Source: Phycisphaerales bacterium (GTDB taxonomy: Bacteria; Planctomycetota; Phycisphaerae; WQYP01). Taken from it: 64,000 nt of DNA. Where the stretch lies: assembly GCA_027451365.1 (NCBI GenBank), contig DAIDJN010000056.1, positions 98,924 through 162,923 of the forward strand, in the 5' to 3' direction. The notes under the pieces were generated by a model. That model saw nothing but the letters and a program-made list of their open reading frames with translations. It did not search any database and was not told where the DNA came from. Positions 9,889 to 19,357 of the stretch are shown here, one piece after another (the stretch's first letter is position 1; the number at the start of each line of letters is the position of its first letter). The position numbers and the translations under genes were made by a program.

Positions 9889-10989
9889 TTATTGCGGTTC
9901 AGTGGCGGGCTTATCAGATGAGCCGGTCCCGCCGCCGATCGATTCGCGCATTTGGGTATCGGCCTGAATATTCTTCATTTTATAATAATCCATAATTCCG
10001 AGATTTCCGCTGCGAAAAGCCTCGGCCATCGCCAGGGGAATTTGCGCTTCGGCCTCAATTAGTTTGGCACGGTTGAACTGGGCCAGTGCGCGGTTCTCCT
10101 GATCCAGCGCAACCGCCAGCGCGCGGCGCTTTTCCGCTTCGGCCTGGGCAAGCTGTTTGGCGGCTTCGGCTTGCACGATCTGAAGTTTTGCGCCGACATT
10201 TTCACTGACATCCACATCTGCAATATCAATGGAAAGAATCTGAAAAGACGTGCCGGCGTCCAGCCCGTTGGCCAACACAGCGCGGCTGATCATGTCCGGG
10301 CGCTCCAGCACATGTTTATAGGTTTCGGCGGAGCCGATGGCCGCCACTATGCCCTGACCGACACGGGCGACAATGGTTTCCTCTCCGGCACCGCTGACAA
10401 GCTGGCGCATGTTGGTTCGTACTGTGACGCGCGCCTTAACGCGCAATTGAATGCCATCTTTGGCTACGCCATCATGGGTCTGGGCACCGCTGTTGGCGTT
10501 GGGAACATCAATCACGCGCGGGTTGACGCTGGTTTGCACCGCGTCCAATACGTCGCGTCCCGCCAGATCAATGGCGGCGGCCTGGTCCCAAGGCAGATCG
10601 ATGGCGGCGCGGTGCGCGGCGATCATGGCCCGGACCACATTGGGCACGCGGCCCTGGGACATATAGTGCGATTCAAGCTGCTTGGTTTCAATGCTGATAC
10701 CGGCCTGCGTGAGCGTGATTTTGGCTTTGACAATAACAGCGGCATCCACCGGACGGAATCGCATGCCGATGAGTGTGAAAATGCTGATATCCGCTCCAGC
10801 GGATAGCGCTTGAATCCACAACCCGAAAACCTTGGCGATGGTAATGAAGATCAGAATAAACACGATCACCACAACCGCCAGAACCGCCAGCAGCAGGATG
10901 CTGCCGATACTGTCCGCGGCCAGCGGCATCTGCCACTGTTTCAGTGATGAAGCCATTGCCAAAGCCATGGCGCTGTTCATAAGATTCAT
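9889..10989 (-). CDS. floA: flotillin-like protein FloA (SPFH/band-7, UPF0365 family)
   Basis: It matches B. subtilis FloA/YqfA along its whole length: ...[21 protein letters not shown]..., [56 protein letters not shown]. The start is uncertain (ATG candidates at 11082, 10989 and 10929); 10989 has the best upstream G-rich RBS. Confidence 0.85.
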   Translation of the reverse strand: MNLMNSAMALAMASSLKQWQMPLAADSIGSILLLAVLAVVVIVFILIFITIAKVFGLWIQALSAGADISIFTLIGMRFRPVDAAVIVKAKITLTQAGISIETKQLESHYMSQGRVPNVVRAMIAAHRAAIDLPWDQAAAIDLAGRDVLDAVQTSVNPRVIDVPNANSGAQTHDGVAKDGIQLRVKARVTVRTNMRQLVSGAGEETIVARVGQGIVAAIGSAETYKHVLERPDMISRAVLANGLDAGTSFQILSIDIADVDVSENVGAKLQIVQAEAAKQLAQAEAEKRRALAVALDQENRALAQFNRAKLIEAEAQIPLAMAEAFRSGNLGIMDYYKMKNIQADTQMRESIGGGTGSSDKPATEPQ

Positions 10990-11150
10990 AAATACCAACC
11001 CCCAAAAAGTGACTTCCGGCAGATGCTGATTCCGATGAACTAAACAATAGACCTGTGACTGTGGTCTGTCAAACTGGAACATTCCGGGAGCATGACAAAA
11101 CCTGTGGCCGAATGCATTGAACCACTGCCCGCCCGCGGCTTTGCGGCTTT

Positions 11151-12575
11151 CTACGAATTAATCGTGCGGCCATCCACCGCCAGGGCGGCTTCGCGAATCG
11201 CTTCGGGCAGTGTCGGGTGGGCATGGCACGTGCGGGCAATATCTTCGCTGCTGGCACCAAGTTCCATAGCCATGACAGCTTCGGCAACCAGACTGGAGGC
11301 TTGCGCCCCAAGAATGTGCACGCCCAGCACCATGTCGGTATGCGCGTCGGCAAGAATTTTGACCAGCCCCTGGGTTTCATCCATGCAAAGGGCGCGGGAA
11401 TTGGCGGAAAACCTGAATTTTCCGGTTTTGTACACAATATTGGCCGCCTTGAGTTCCTCTTCTGTTTTGCCCACCCACGCCAGTTCCGGCGCGGTATAGA
11501 CCACAAATGGAATGGTGTCATAATTCACATGACCCGCCAGGCCGTTCATGCGTTCCACAGCGGCTACACCCTCGTCTTCCGCCTTATGGGCCAGCATCGG
11601 GCCGACAATGACATCGCCGATGGCATAAATATGGGGTACCGACGTTTCCCAATGTTTGCCGACGGTAATTCGCCCGCGGTTGTCGGTGGCGATGCCCGCT
11701 TTGGCCAGGTCCAGCCCGGCGGTATAGGCCCGGCGACCCACCGCCACCAGTACAAGGTCCGCGGAAAGGGTCTGGGTGGCTTGGTCGGGCTTGGCGTCTT
11801 TGGCTTTGTAAGAAATGGTGATCTGGCCATTTTCCTCTTTTACGCCGCTGGCAACAGAGGCGAATATAAACTCAATACCCTGCGCCTTGAGTGACCGTTC
11901 CATGAGGCGGCCCATTTCGTCATCAGATCCGGGCAGGGTGGTGTGATGAATTTCCAGCACAGTTACATCCGCACCCAGACGCCGCCAGACAGAGGAAAGT
12001 TCCAGCCCGATCGCACCGGCTCCGATCACCACCAGTTTCCTGGGCACGGCGGAGAGCGCAATAGCCTGGTCGGAGCTGATCACCCGTTTGCCATTAAAGG
12101 GTATGTTGGGCAGTTCGATTGGTTCACTGCCGGTGGCAATTAGAAAGCGGCGCGCAGTGATGGTCTGTTCGCCATCGGCAGAGGCAATTTTAACGGCGGT
12201 GGGGCTGGTAAAGCTGGCCGTGCCGGTGAGGCGGGTAATTTTGTTTTTTTTGAACAATCCGCTGATGCCTGTGGCCAGTGTGTCGACCACTTTATTCTTG
12301 CGGGCCATTAGAATGGGCAGGTCCATGGTCACTTTTTCGCACTGAATGCCGAGGTGGCTGAAATGTTCGCGGGCGAGAAAATATTTTTCGGTTGCTTCCA
12401 GCAGCGTTTTGCTGGGAATACAGCCGACCCGCAGGCAGGTGCCACCAAGTTTCGGTTCCTTTTCGACGCAGGCGACGCGCATCCCAAGCTGTGCGGCCCG
12501 AATTGCGGCCACATAGCCGCCGGGGCCCGCACCAATTACCAGAAGGTCAAAATCCGCATGAGTTCCTGTAGCCAT
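11151..12575 (-). CDS. lpdA: dihydrolipoyl dehydrogenase (E3 component)
   Basis: [31 protein letters not shown]...[13 protein letters not shown] (redox-active disulfide), NAD-binding GAGAIGLE, and a C-terminal dimerisation domain. The start was refined to ATG at 12575. Confidence 0.9.
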   Translation of the reverse strand: MATGTHADFDLLVIGAGPGGYVAAIRAAQLGMRVACVEKEPKLGGTCLRVGCIPSKTLLEATEKYFLAREHFSHLGIQCEKVTMDLPILMARKNKVVDTLATGISGLFKKNKITRLTGTASFTSPTAVKIASADGEQTITARRFLIATGSEPIELPNIPFNGKRVISSDQAIALSAVPRKLVVIGAGAIGLELSSVWRRLGADVTVLEIHHTTLPGSDDEMGRLMERSLKAQGIEFIFASVASGVKEENGQITISYKAKDAKPDQATQTLSADLVLVAVGRRAYTAGLDLAKAGIATDNRGRITVGKHWETSVPHIYAIGDVIVGPMLAHKAEDEGVAAVERMNGLAGHVNYDTIPFVVYTAPELAWVGKTEEELKAANIVYKTGKFRFSANSRALCMDETQGLVKILADAHTDMVLGVHILGAQASSLVAEAVMAMELGASSEDIARTCHAHPTLPEAIREAALAVDGRTINS

Positions 12576-12896
12576 TGTGTAACCTTTATCCAATTCAGGG
12601 CCTGTTTCCATTGTACGCGCGGCTGCATCTAAAATGCGGGGCGGCGCCAAACGGCAGACTATATCGCGCTGGCGGCCACAATGCCAAAAGCGCTTTGCAA
12701 TGGTGCCAGCGACGGATGTGCACAGACGGTGTCAGGTCCTATATCTGTGAAATAAGGAAAATTGAAAAATAAATTTGACAAGGCTTGTCTGGCGCATTAG
12801 AATCGCCAATGAAACAGTTGCACTATTTGTTGTAGTGCTGAACTGTAAGAGGTTTGTGCCATGCCGGTAGACTGTCTTGGCATGTTTTTTTAGTTT

Positions 12897-13052
12897 GCTA
12901 TTCCGGTATGATGCTATTCAGGTATGCGAATCTGGTGTCATGGCCCGGCAGACTTGCTCTGTCATGCTACTGCGGTGCCTGAACCGTATACCTGAATATC
13001 CGCTTCGCCGGTCTTTTCAGGTCGGCTCTTCTGTTCGGATATGTCTGGAATA
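12897..13052. promoter_or_regulatory. divergent lpdA/LacI promoter region with inverted-repeat candidate operators
   Basis: Perfect 10-bp inverted repeat ATTCAGGTAT (12917-12926) / ATACCTGAAT (12979-12988), plus a second pair TTCCGGTAT (12901-12909) / ATACCGGTAA (13043-13052). They lie in the 420-bp divergent intergenic region just upstream of the LacI-family gene. Confidence 0.3.
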
Positions 13053-13072
13053 CCGGTAACTTTTGGAGTCCC

Positions 13073-14092
13073 ATGGCTTCTGTTCGTGAAATAGCCAAAC
13101 AGCTCGGTGTCTCCGCGGCCACCGTGTCCCGTGCCATGAACAATCATCCGTTGGTGGCCGAAGATGTGCGGCAACGCGTCATTGTGGCCATGAATCGCAG
13201 TCGCTATGTGCCCACGGTCGGTCGGCGCGAAACTATGAACATCGCTTTTGCGTATACTGGTGTTGCCTCCATCGGCAGCCCGTTCGACGCCGCCCTGATG
13301 CAAGGCATGAGCGACCGCATGGAACAGTGCGGATTCGACCTGATGGTTCTTGACCTCCGCCGCGCCATGTTGCCCCGGGAAAACTATACCCAGATGTTTC
13401 TTCGGAAGGGCATTCGTGCAGCGGTTTTGCGTACCACGGCGGACACTATGGATATCTGTCGGCAGATTGCCGCGGAGCGCTTTCCGGCAATGGTGGTGGG
13501 GTATCATTTTGACGAACCGGAAGTGAATTACATTTACAGCAACTCTTATGCCGGCAGTTGCGAAGCGATGAGCCACCTGGTGGACCTTGGCCATACGCGT
13601 ATCGCCATTTCCCTGCACGTGGTAGACGATTCCGACCACACCGATCGTCTGAACGCATGGAAATATGTCATGAAGCAGAATAAGCTCACGATGCCGGATA
13701 AATTCATCATTCGCGCCCCGGCCAGCCTGGAGGGCGGTGCCCAGTTAATTCGCCGCATTGCCGGCATGGTTCCACGGCCCACCGCTGTATATATTGCCGA
13801 CCCGCTGGTGGCGGTGGGGGCAATGGCCGAGGCTCGCCAGATGGGCTGGGAAATTCCGCGCGATCTGTCCATCGTTGGATTTGACGACAGTGAACTGCGT
13901 TATATGGTCTATCCCAAACTGACCGCGGTCTGTCAGGATGCTCGCGCCGTCGGGCAGGAAGCCTTTGAATTAATTAATCGACTGCTGGGCGTCAGCGGAG
14001 ATCAGGCGACCGAAACCGTGTTTCGCCGCACTTTGGCGACCCATTTTGAAGTAAACGGTTCTACGGCTGCACCGGGGAAATCGTCTTTGTAA
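13073..14092 (+). CDS. LacI family transcriptional regulator
   Basis: N-terminal HTH MASVREIAKQLGVSAATVSRAMN followed by a periplasmic-binding-protein-like sugar-binding core; GGAG RBS. Confidence 0.9.
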   Translation: MASVREIAKQLGVSAATVSRAMNNHPLVAEDVRQRVIVAMNRSRYVPTVGRRETMNIAFAYTGVASIGSPFDAALMQGMSDRMEQCGFDLMVLDLRRAMLPRENYTQMFLRKGIRAAVLRTTADTMDICRQIAAERFPAMVVGYHFDEPEVNYIYSNSYAGSCEAMSHLVDLGHTRIAISLHVVDDSDHTDRLNAWKYVMKQNKLTMPDKFIIRAPASLEGGAQLIRRIAGMVPRPTAVYIADPLVAVGAMAEARQMGWEIPRDLSIVGFDDSELRYMVYPKLTAVCQDARAVGQEAFELINRLLGVSGDQATETVFRRTLATHFEVNGSTAAPGKSSL

Positions 14093-14170
14093 ATAAGCGT
14101 ATATGTGCAACGTACCTGTGTCGGGTGCGTGGCAATTCTATAGGTTGGTCTATCGTCGAAGGAGATGCAG

Positions 14171-14899
14171 ATGACTGAGAAATTTGGAAATAACGCAAAA
14201 CAGGCAATTCATGGAGGATTGGGTTTGTCGCTGGCTGTCGCGGCAGTGCTGGCGATCGGTGCCGGTGCGGGCGCGGCGAAGGCGGGCACGATAACTTACG
14301 GCCTGCAGTTCGCACCCAGCGGTGATGGAACATTCGAAAGCTGGTCAACTTACGGTTCCAACATAACCGGCGTGGAGGCCAACAATCCGCCCACGTTCAA
14401 TTCGTCGGATAACGGAGTGACCTTCACACTCGGAACAGCTACCCTTAAATTTACGGGCGGCCAAAATTACAGCACCGGTTCGGCATTGAACCAGTCATTT
14501 TACTATATGACGTCCAGTACTTCAGTACTTGCTGCCGATTTTACAGGCTTGAATGCCGGGGACACAATTGATTTTCAATTTCTTGAGAGCTTGCAGCCTT
14601 TTTCGCCAACTGTCAAGGTAGTCGGCTCCACTTCCGGGTCATTGTCTAAATCCATCGCGTCGAGCCCGCATGGAAGCGCTTTTGTTGATTTAGGCTCCTT
14701 AACAGGCAACAACAGCTATACGATTACATCGTCGCTTAACCCCGGTGGCGGGGAGGGTGACGTTTCTGCTGCCCTTATCACCATTACAAGCGGATCGATT
14801 TCCGCCGTGCCGCAACCCGCTTCCATGGGCCTGCTTGGGCTTGGTGGCTTGGGATGTATCGCCCTGGGCTTGATTGCCCGGCGGCGGATGAGACTTTGA
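14171..14899 (+). CDS. PEP-CTERM sorting domain protein (secreted, exosortase-type anchor)
   Basis: Signal peptide; C-terminus ...SAVPQPASMGLLGLGGLGCIALGLIARRRMRL (PEP-like motif, TM helix, Arg cluster). It shares TYGLQFAP, (T/N)AGDT(I/V)D(F/M)QF(L/I)ES and ALITIT motifs with the next gene. Confidence 0.8.
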   Translation: MTEKFGNNAKQAIHGGLGLSLAVAAVLAIGAGAGAAKAGTITYGLQFAPSGDGTFESWSTYGSNITGVEANNPPTFNSSDNGVTFTLGTATLKFTGGQNYSTGSALNQSFYYMTSSTSVLAADFTGLNAGDTIDFQFLESLQPFSPTVKVVGSTSGSLSKSIASSPHGSAFVDLGSLTGNNSYTITSSLNPGGGEGDVSAALITITSGSISAVPQPASMGLLGLGGLGCIALGLIARRRMRL

Positions 14900-15106
14900 A
14901 CGAATTGCTGAAACGAGCGGCGCCAGTAAGCGGCCGTCTCTTTCCCGGGTGAGGGAGAAGTATGGATGCGTACCCGCCCACATTACCGCGCTTTCCCAAT
15001 CACCATGGGTGAAGCCGGGATAACCTGTTGAAAACGGGTGCGGCGGTGTTCGCCGCACTTTATCCGCCATTTGTTCCGGCGGATCATTGTAAATCAGGAG
15101 ATATAT

Positions 15107-15808
15107 ATGAATTTCCATGCTTCTATTCGTGTGGCAGCCGTTCCGATGATCGGATTGGCGGCGATTTTCGCTCTGGCCGGGACCGCGACGGCCACGCCGG
15201 TGACTTACGGCCTGCAGTTCGCACCGACCAATTACACGGCCTACACAGGTTGGGCGTCCGGTGTGACGGTGGCGCCGTTTACGCCGCCGCCATTCAACGG
15301 CGTGGCGACCACGACCTATGCACTCGGATCGGCTTCCTTTGCCATCACTGGCAACAACTATAACATTCAGAATGGCATAACGGGCGGTACGCCAACCACT
15401 GATATTTCCTGGTTGAACCGCGCCTTCTTTTTTGGCAATGGGGGCACCCCTTTAACCGCCACACTTTCCGGCCTTTCCGCCGGTGATACGGTGGATATGC
15501 AGTTCATTGAAAGCTTTCAGACGGGCAATGAACCGCAGGTGGCCATTTCGCCCGCATCCGGAAACACCCAGCCAACGGCCATTGCGACCGATACCAGCTT
15601 CACGGATGCAGGCACTTATACCGGCGCGACAAGCTACAATCTGACTTTTACCAATGCCGCTGGCGGTGCTGGCGAATTCGATCTTTCCGGCGCGCTGATC
15701 ACCATTACGCCCGCGGCAGCGCCCGAACCGGCTTCGCTGGGATTGTTCGCATTGGCGGCAACGGGCCTGCTGTTGCTGAAACGTCGGCAGACCGGCTCCG
15801 CAAGGTAA
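15107..15808 (+). CDS. PEP-CTERM sorting domain protein (tandem paralog of 14171..14899)
   Basis: AGGAG RBS before ATG at 15107; signal peptide; C-terminus AAPEPASLGLFALAATGLLLLKRRQTGSAR. Confidence 0.8.
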   Translation: MNFHASIRVAAVPMIGLAAIFALAGTATATPVTYGLQFAPTNYTAYTGWASGVTVAPFTPPPFNGVATTTYALGSASFAITGNNYNIQNGITGGTPTTDISWLNRAFFFGNGGTPLTATLSGLSAGDTVDMQFIESFQTGNEPQVAISPASGNTQPTAIATDTSFTDAGTYTGATSYNLTFTNAAGGAGEFDLSGALITITPAAAPEPASLGLFALAATGLLLLKRRQTGSAR

Positions 15809-15889
15809 GGGTGCCGGTGCGCCGTGGCGGAAACCAGACTGAATCGGAAATAAAAGGCGGTCGGGGCGGAACGTCCCAAGGAGTCTGTC

Positions 15890-16654
15890 ATGCGGAAGCA
15901 AGCCTTTACTCTTGTGGAACTGCTTGTGGTGATTTCCATCATTGCGATCCTGATTTCGCTGCTGCTGCCGGCGCTTAGCCGGGCGCGCATGGCGGCGGAC
16001 AGTATCGCCTGTGAATCCAATCTGCGGCAGATACAGGTCGGCGTGATGGAGTACGCCAATGCCTTTTCCGGACATTTGCCGTCAACGTTTTTTGGTCCGC
16101 AGGGCTGGCAAGACGCTGTCTTCGCCTATTTGTATAACAAAGGGACGCTGGTGCCGCGCAACAGTTTGTCGCCCACGCTGGAATCGCAGTTTGAACAGGC
16201 CTTCTGGTGTCCATCAAGAAATGTCAATATGACAAATCCATGGGGACTCAATTATGCGGCCAATCTGGTGGTGTTCCCGGTGCCCGGCACGGTTGGCCCG
16301 GCGCGCGGCCTTCTGCCACTGGTTAATGATCCATCCGAGGTGATCGCGGTCGGAGATGCCAATCAGGCGTTTCCGGATGGCGGCGCCTGGTACACGTTTG
16401 ACTGGGCGGTGTGGAACAATCCGGCAGTTTATGCGCCCACAACCAATGTCCCGATCGGGGGATATTACGGAACCGGTAATACCGATACATTCAACGGCAA
16501 CACGATCGGTTCCACTGGCCTTCGATACCGCCATTTTTCAACCGGCGTAAACAATGGTTTTGCCAATGTGGTCTTTTTTGATGGCCACGTGCAGTCGATT
16601 GCGGCATCGGGGAATTCCACAGGGCTTTTTGTTTATAACATTGTTCCAAACTAG
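15890..16654 (+). CDS. DUF1559 (H-X9-DG) protein with prepilin-type N-terminal cleavage/methylation domain
   Basis: MRKQAFTLVELLVVISIIAILISLLLPAL (class III signal, pseudopilin-like); C-terminal NVVFFDGHVQSI H-X9-DG motif; AAGGAG RBS. Confidence 0.85.
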   Translation: MRKQAFTLVELLVVISIIAILISLLLPALSRARMAADSIACESNLRQIQVGVMEYANAFSGHLPSTFFGPQGWQDAVFAYLYNKGTLVPRNSLSPTLESQFEQAFWCPSRNVNMTNPWGLNYAANLVVFPVPGTVGPARGLLPLVNDPSEVIAVGDANQAFPDGGAWYTFDWAVWNNPAVYAPTTNVPIGGYYGTGNTDTFNGNTIGSTGLRYRHFSTGVNNGFANVVFFDGHVQSIAASGNSTGLFVYNIVPN

Positions 16655-16738
16655 CCGATTTTCATTGTGGCACAGGTACCCTTTTGGCCCGGCTGTGTTC
16701 GCCGGTGATTGACAGGAACTATTTTTCTGAGGTTTTTA

Positions 16739-18535
16739 ATGTTGAATCTGAAATGTGTCCTCCGGACGGTGTCTGGTCTCTTCCTGGCTGGTCTGCTGGC
16801 GGCGCCGGTTGCCGCGGCGCCGGTCAAGGTGCAACTGGTAAAATCGGGCAATGGCTTTGAACTGTTGCGCGGCGGTAAGCCCTATTTTGTGAAGGGTGCC
16901 GGCGGCGGCTTTTCTTTGGCCGCACTTCACGCCGCTGGTGGCAATTCCGGACGCACCTGGGGTGCAGATGGCATTCAGAACCAGCTTGATACGGCCGCGA
17001 AACTCCACATGACCATGCTGGTCGGCTTCTGGCTGGGACATCCGGGAGATGGTTTTAACTATCACAATGCCGTTGCAGTGCGGGCGCAATATGAACAATG
17101 CAAAAAATATGTGCTGGAATACCGCAACGATCCCGCCGTGCTGGCCTGGGGCATTGGCAACGAAATGGAAAATGGTTATGACCATAAAATTCTTTGGAAG
17201 GCTGTGGAACAAATTGCCAAAATGTGTCATCGCCTGGATCCCAACCATCCCACAGTGACGGTGGTGGCGGAAATTGGCGGCCACAAAGTTCAGAAAATAA
17301 ATAAATATTGCCCCGATATTGATATAATCGGAATTAACAGTTATGGCGGGGGGGCTTCGCTTTACCAGCGCTATCTGAAGGCTGGTGGTGTCAAGCCGTA
17401 TCTGATTACCGAATTCGGACCTCCGGGAACGTGGGAAATCGGTCGTGATAATATTGGTCTGCCGGTGGAGGAAACCAGCTCGCAAAAAGCGCTTGCGTAC
17501 GCGGCGACCTATCAGCACAGCGTGCTGAACACCCACGGGATGTGTTTAGGTTCTTATGCATTTACATGGGGCTGGAAGGTGGAAGCAACGCCCACCTGGT
17601 ACGGGTTGATTCTGCCCGATGGCCGACGGCTGGGCGGGGTGGATTACCTCCAGCATTTCTGGACCGGCCACTGGCCTGCCCACCTGTGTCCGGTCATAAA
17701 ATCCATCACAATGGATGGCGGCGACAAACTGGCACCCGGCAGTGTGCTGCACGCCCGCGTGGTGGCTGTCCAGCCCGGAGGCGGCGCACTAAGTTATCAT
17801 TGGATATTGCGACGCGATATTTCCAATCTGAATATTGCCGGCGGCCTTGGGGGGGCCATGCCGACGGCATATAAAAAAGCCATCGCGCAAAACGGAGCGG
17901 ATCATGTCTCCGTTAAGATGCCGCAAAACGGGGGCTATTATCGATTGTTTTGTTATGTATATAACACACACAATGGCGCAGCGGTGGGTAACCTGCCCCT
18001 TCAGGACACCGCCAAACAGCGTCCCATGCGCTCTCCGGTCGCGAAAATCCCCCTGGTTCTGTTGGGCAATGGGGCCAATTCACCCTTCGTCCCGGCCGGC
18101 TGGATGGGCGATTATTCCGCCATCGGATATGACGGCAATTGCCCGACAGATCCGCATTCGGGAAAATCCTGCGTGAAGATTTCATTCAAACAATCCAACG
18201 GCTGGGGCGGCATCGCCTGGCAGGATCCCGCCAACGACTGGGGTAAAACCTATGGCGGCTTGAATTTGAAGAAGGCTAAAGCACTAAGCTTCTGGGCGCG
18301 GGGGAAAGTCGGCGGTGAATCGGTGACATTCGGCGTGGGATTAATCGGCTCTGACCAGCCATACCATGATACCGTCCATGTGTCCCGCAAAGTCACACTT
18401 GGCACGCACTGGAAGAAGTATACTATTGATCTGAAAGGTAAAAACTTGTCCCGCGTCATCACCGGCTTTTACTGGACCGGTGGGGCCAATGGTGCCCCAT
18501 TTGCTTTTTATCTTTCGAATATCAAGTATCAGTAA
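16739..18535 (+). CDS. secreted clan GH-A (GH5/GH2-like TIM barrel) glycoside hydrolase with a C-terminal about 150 aa beta-sandwich (CBM-like) domain
   Basis: The track start at 16709 is TTG; ATG at 16739 has a GAGG RBS. Signal peptide; LAWGIGNEMEN (acid/base Glu context) and YLITEFGPPG (nucleophile Glu context) are typical of clan GH-A. The C-terminal 150 aa are homologous to the downstream stand-alone ORF. Confidence 0.7.
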   Translation: MLNLKCVLRTVSGLFLAGLLAAPVAAAPVKVQLVKSGNGFELLRGGKPYFVKGAGGGFSLAALHAAGGNSGRTWGADGIQNQLDTAAKLHMTMLVGFWLGHPGDGFNYHNAVAVRAQYEQCKKYVLEYRNDPAVLAWGIGNEMENGYDHKILWKAVEQIAKMCHRLDPNHPTVTVVAEIGGHKVQKINKYCPDIDIIGINSYGGGASLYQRYLKAGGVKPYLITEFGPPGTWEIGRDNIGLPVEETSSQKALAYAATYQHSVLNTHGMCLGSYAFTWGWKVEATPTWYGLILPDGRRLGGVDYLQHFWTGHWPAHLCPVIKSITMDGGDKLAPGSVLHARVVAVQPGGGALSYHWILRRDISNLNIAGGLGGAMPTAYKKAIAQNGADHVSVKMPQNGGYYRLFCYVYNTHNGAAVGNLPLQDTAKQRPMRSPVAKIPLVLLGNGANSPFVPAGWMGDYSAIGYDGNCPTDPHSGKSCVKISFKQSNGWGGIAWQDPANDWGKTYGGLNLKKAKALSFWARGKVGGESVTFGVGLIGSDQPYHDTVHVSRKVTLGTHWKKYTIDLKGKNLSRVITGFYWTGGANGAPFAFYLSNIKYQ

Positions 18536-18605
18536 GGCCGCGGATTATGCCGCATCGGTACGTCGAATGTCCGGATCGTGAACTGGCTTGTATAAGGACG
18601 CAATC

Positions 18606-19238
18606 ATGTTGAGAACTATTTCCAATCAAATTTGTGGCGGTCTTTGGCTGCTGATTCTGCTGGTGGCAATCGTTTGTGCGATGGGCAACCATCGGGTTGC
18701 CATCGCGGCCGATGCCACGCCGTCAGGTGCTGCCAAAGCCGCATTGCCACTGGTGATTTACAGCGACGGCAACGGGAATTCGGGCTACATACCCAGCGGC
18801 TGGATGGGCGATACCGGTAACATTCATTACAAGGGGCATTGCACCACCGCCAACCCACCCAAGGGAACCAACTGTATCCGCATTAAATATGCCTCCGGCA
18901 CCGGCTGGGGCGGCATTGTATGGCAAAATCCGGCCAACAACTGGGGCGATGCCCAGGGCGGCTTCGACCTGACCGGTGCCAAAACGCTTTCCTTCTGGGC
19001 AAAAGCCAAACATGCGGGCCTGAAGGTGACTTTCGGTTTTGGTGTTATCGGTGCCGGGAAAACCTACAGCGACTCTTCGAAGGGGTCCAGAAAAATCACC
19101 CTGACAACAAAATGGAAAAAATACACTATCCGGCTTAAGGGAAAAGATCTGACCCGCATCGTTACCGGATTTTTCTTTTCAGCCGGTGCCCCAGGCAAGC
19201 CCTTTACGTTTTATCTGGACAATATTGAATACAAATAA
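18606..19238 (+). CDS. stand-alone secreted paralog of the GH C-terminal domain (putative carbohydrate-binding module protein)
   Basis: ATG at 18606 with an AAGGA RBS (the track start at 18588 is TTG). Signal/TM, then a domain alignable residue-by-residue with 16739..18535 residues about 440-598 (GWMGD, GWGGI.WQ.PAN.WG, LSFWA.(G/A)K, VTFG.G.IG, KKYTI.LKGK.L.R..TGF, FTFYL.NI.Y). Confidence 0.6.
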   Translation: MLRTISNQICGGLWLLILLVAIVCAMGNHRVAIAADATPSGAAKAALPLVIYSDGNGNSGYIPSGWMGDTGNIHYKGHCTTANPPKGTNCIRIKYASGTGWGGIVWQNPANNWGDAQGGFDLTGAKTLSFWAKAKHAGLKVTFGFGVIGAGKTYSDSSKGSRKITLTTKWKKYTIRLKGKDLTRIVTGFFFSAGAPGKPFTFYLDNIEYK

Positions 19239-19357
19239 CCGGCGAATTTCCAGCGCATGGTATGCATCATTTCCCCACGGAAAAGGCCGTCGGGGTGAAC
19301 TTCCCGTTTAAGAGGATGCCGCGGGAAAAAGAGCCTTCCGAAGCGACAGGAGTCCGT

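Noticed and set aside
12877-13059. 60-aa ORF in the lpdA/LacI intergenic region
   Set aside because: It overlaps the inverted-repeat operator candidates, has no RBS, and is more likely non-coding regulatory DNA.
16736-17536. 266-aa minus-strand ORF
   Set aside because: It is antisense to the clan GH-A hydrolase gene.
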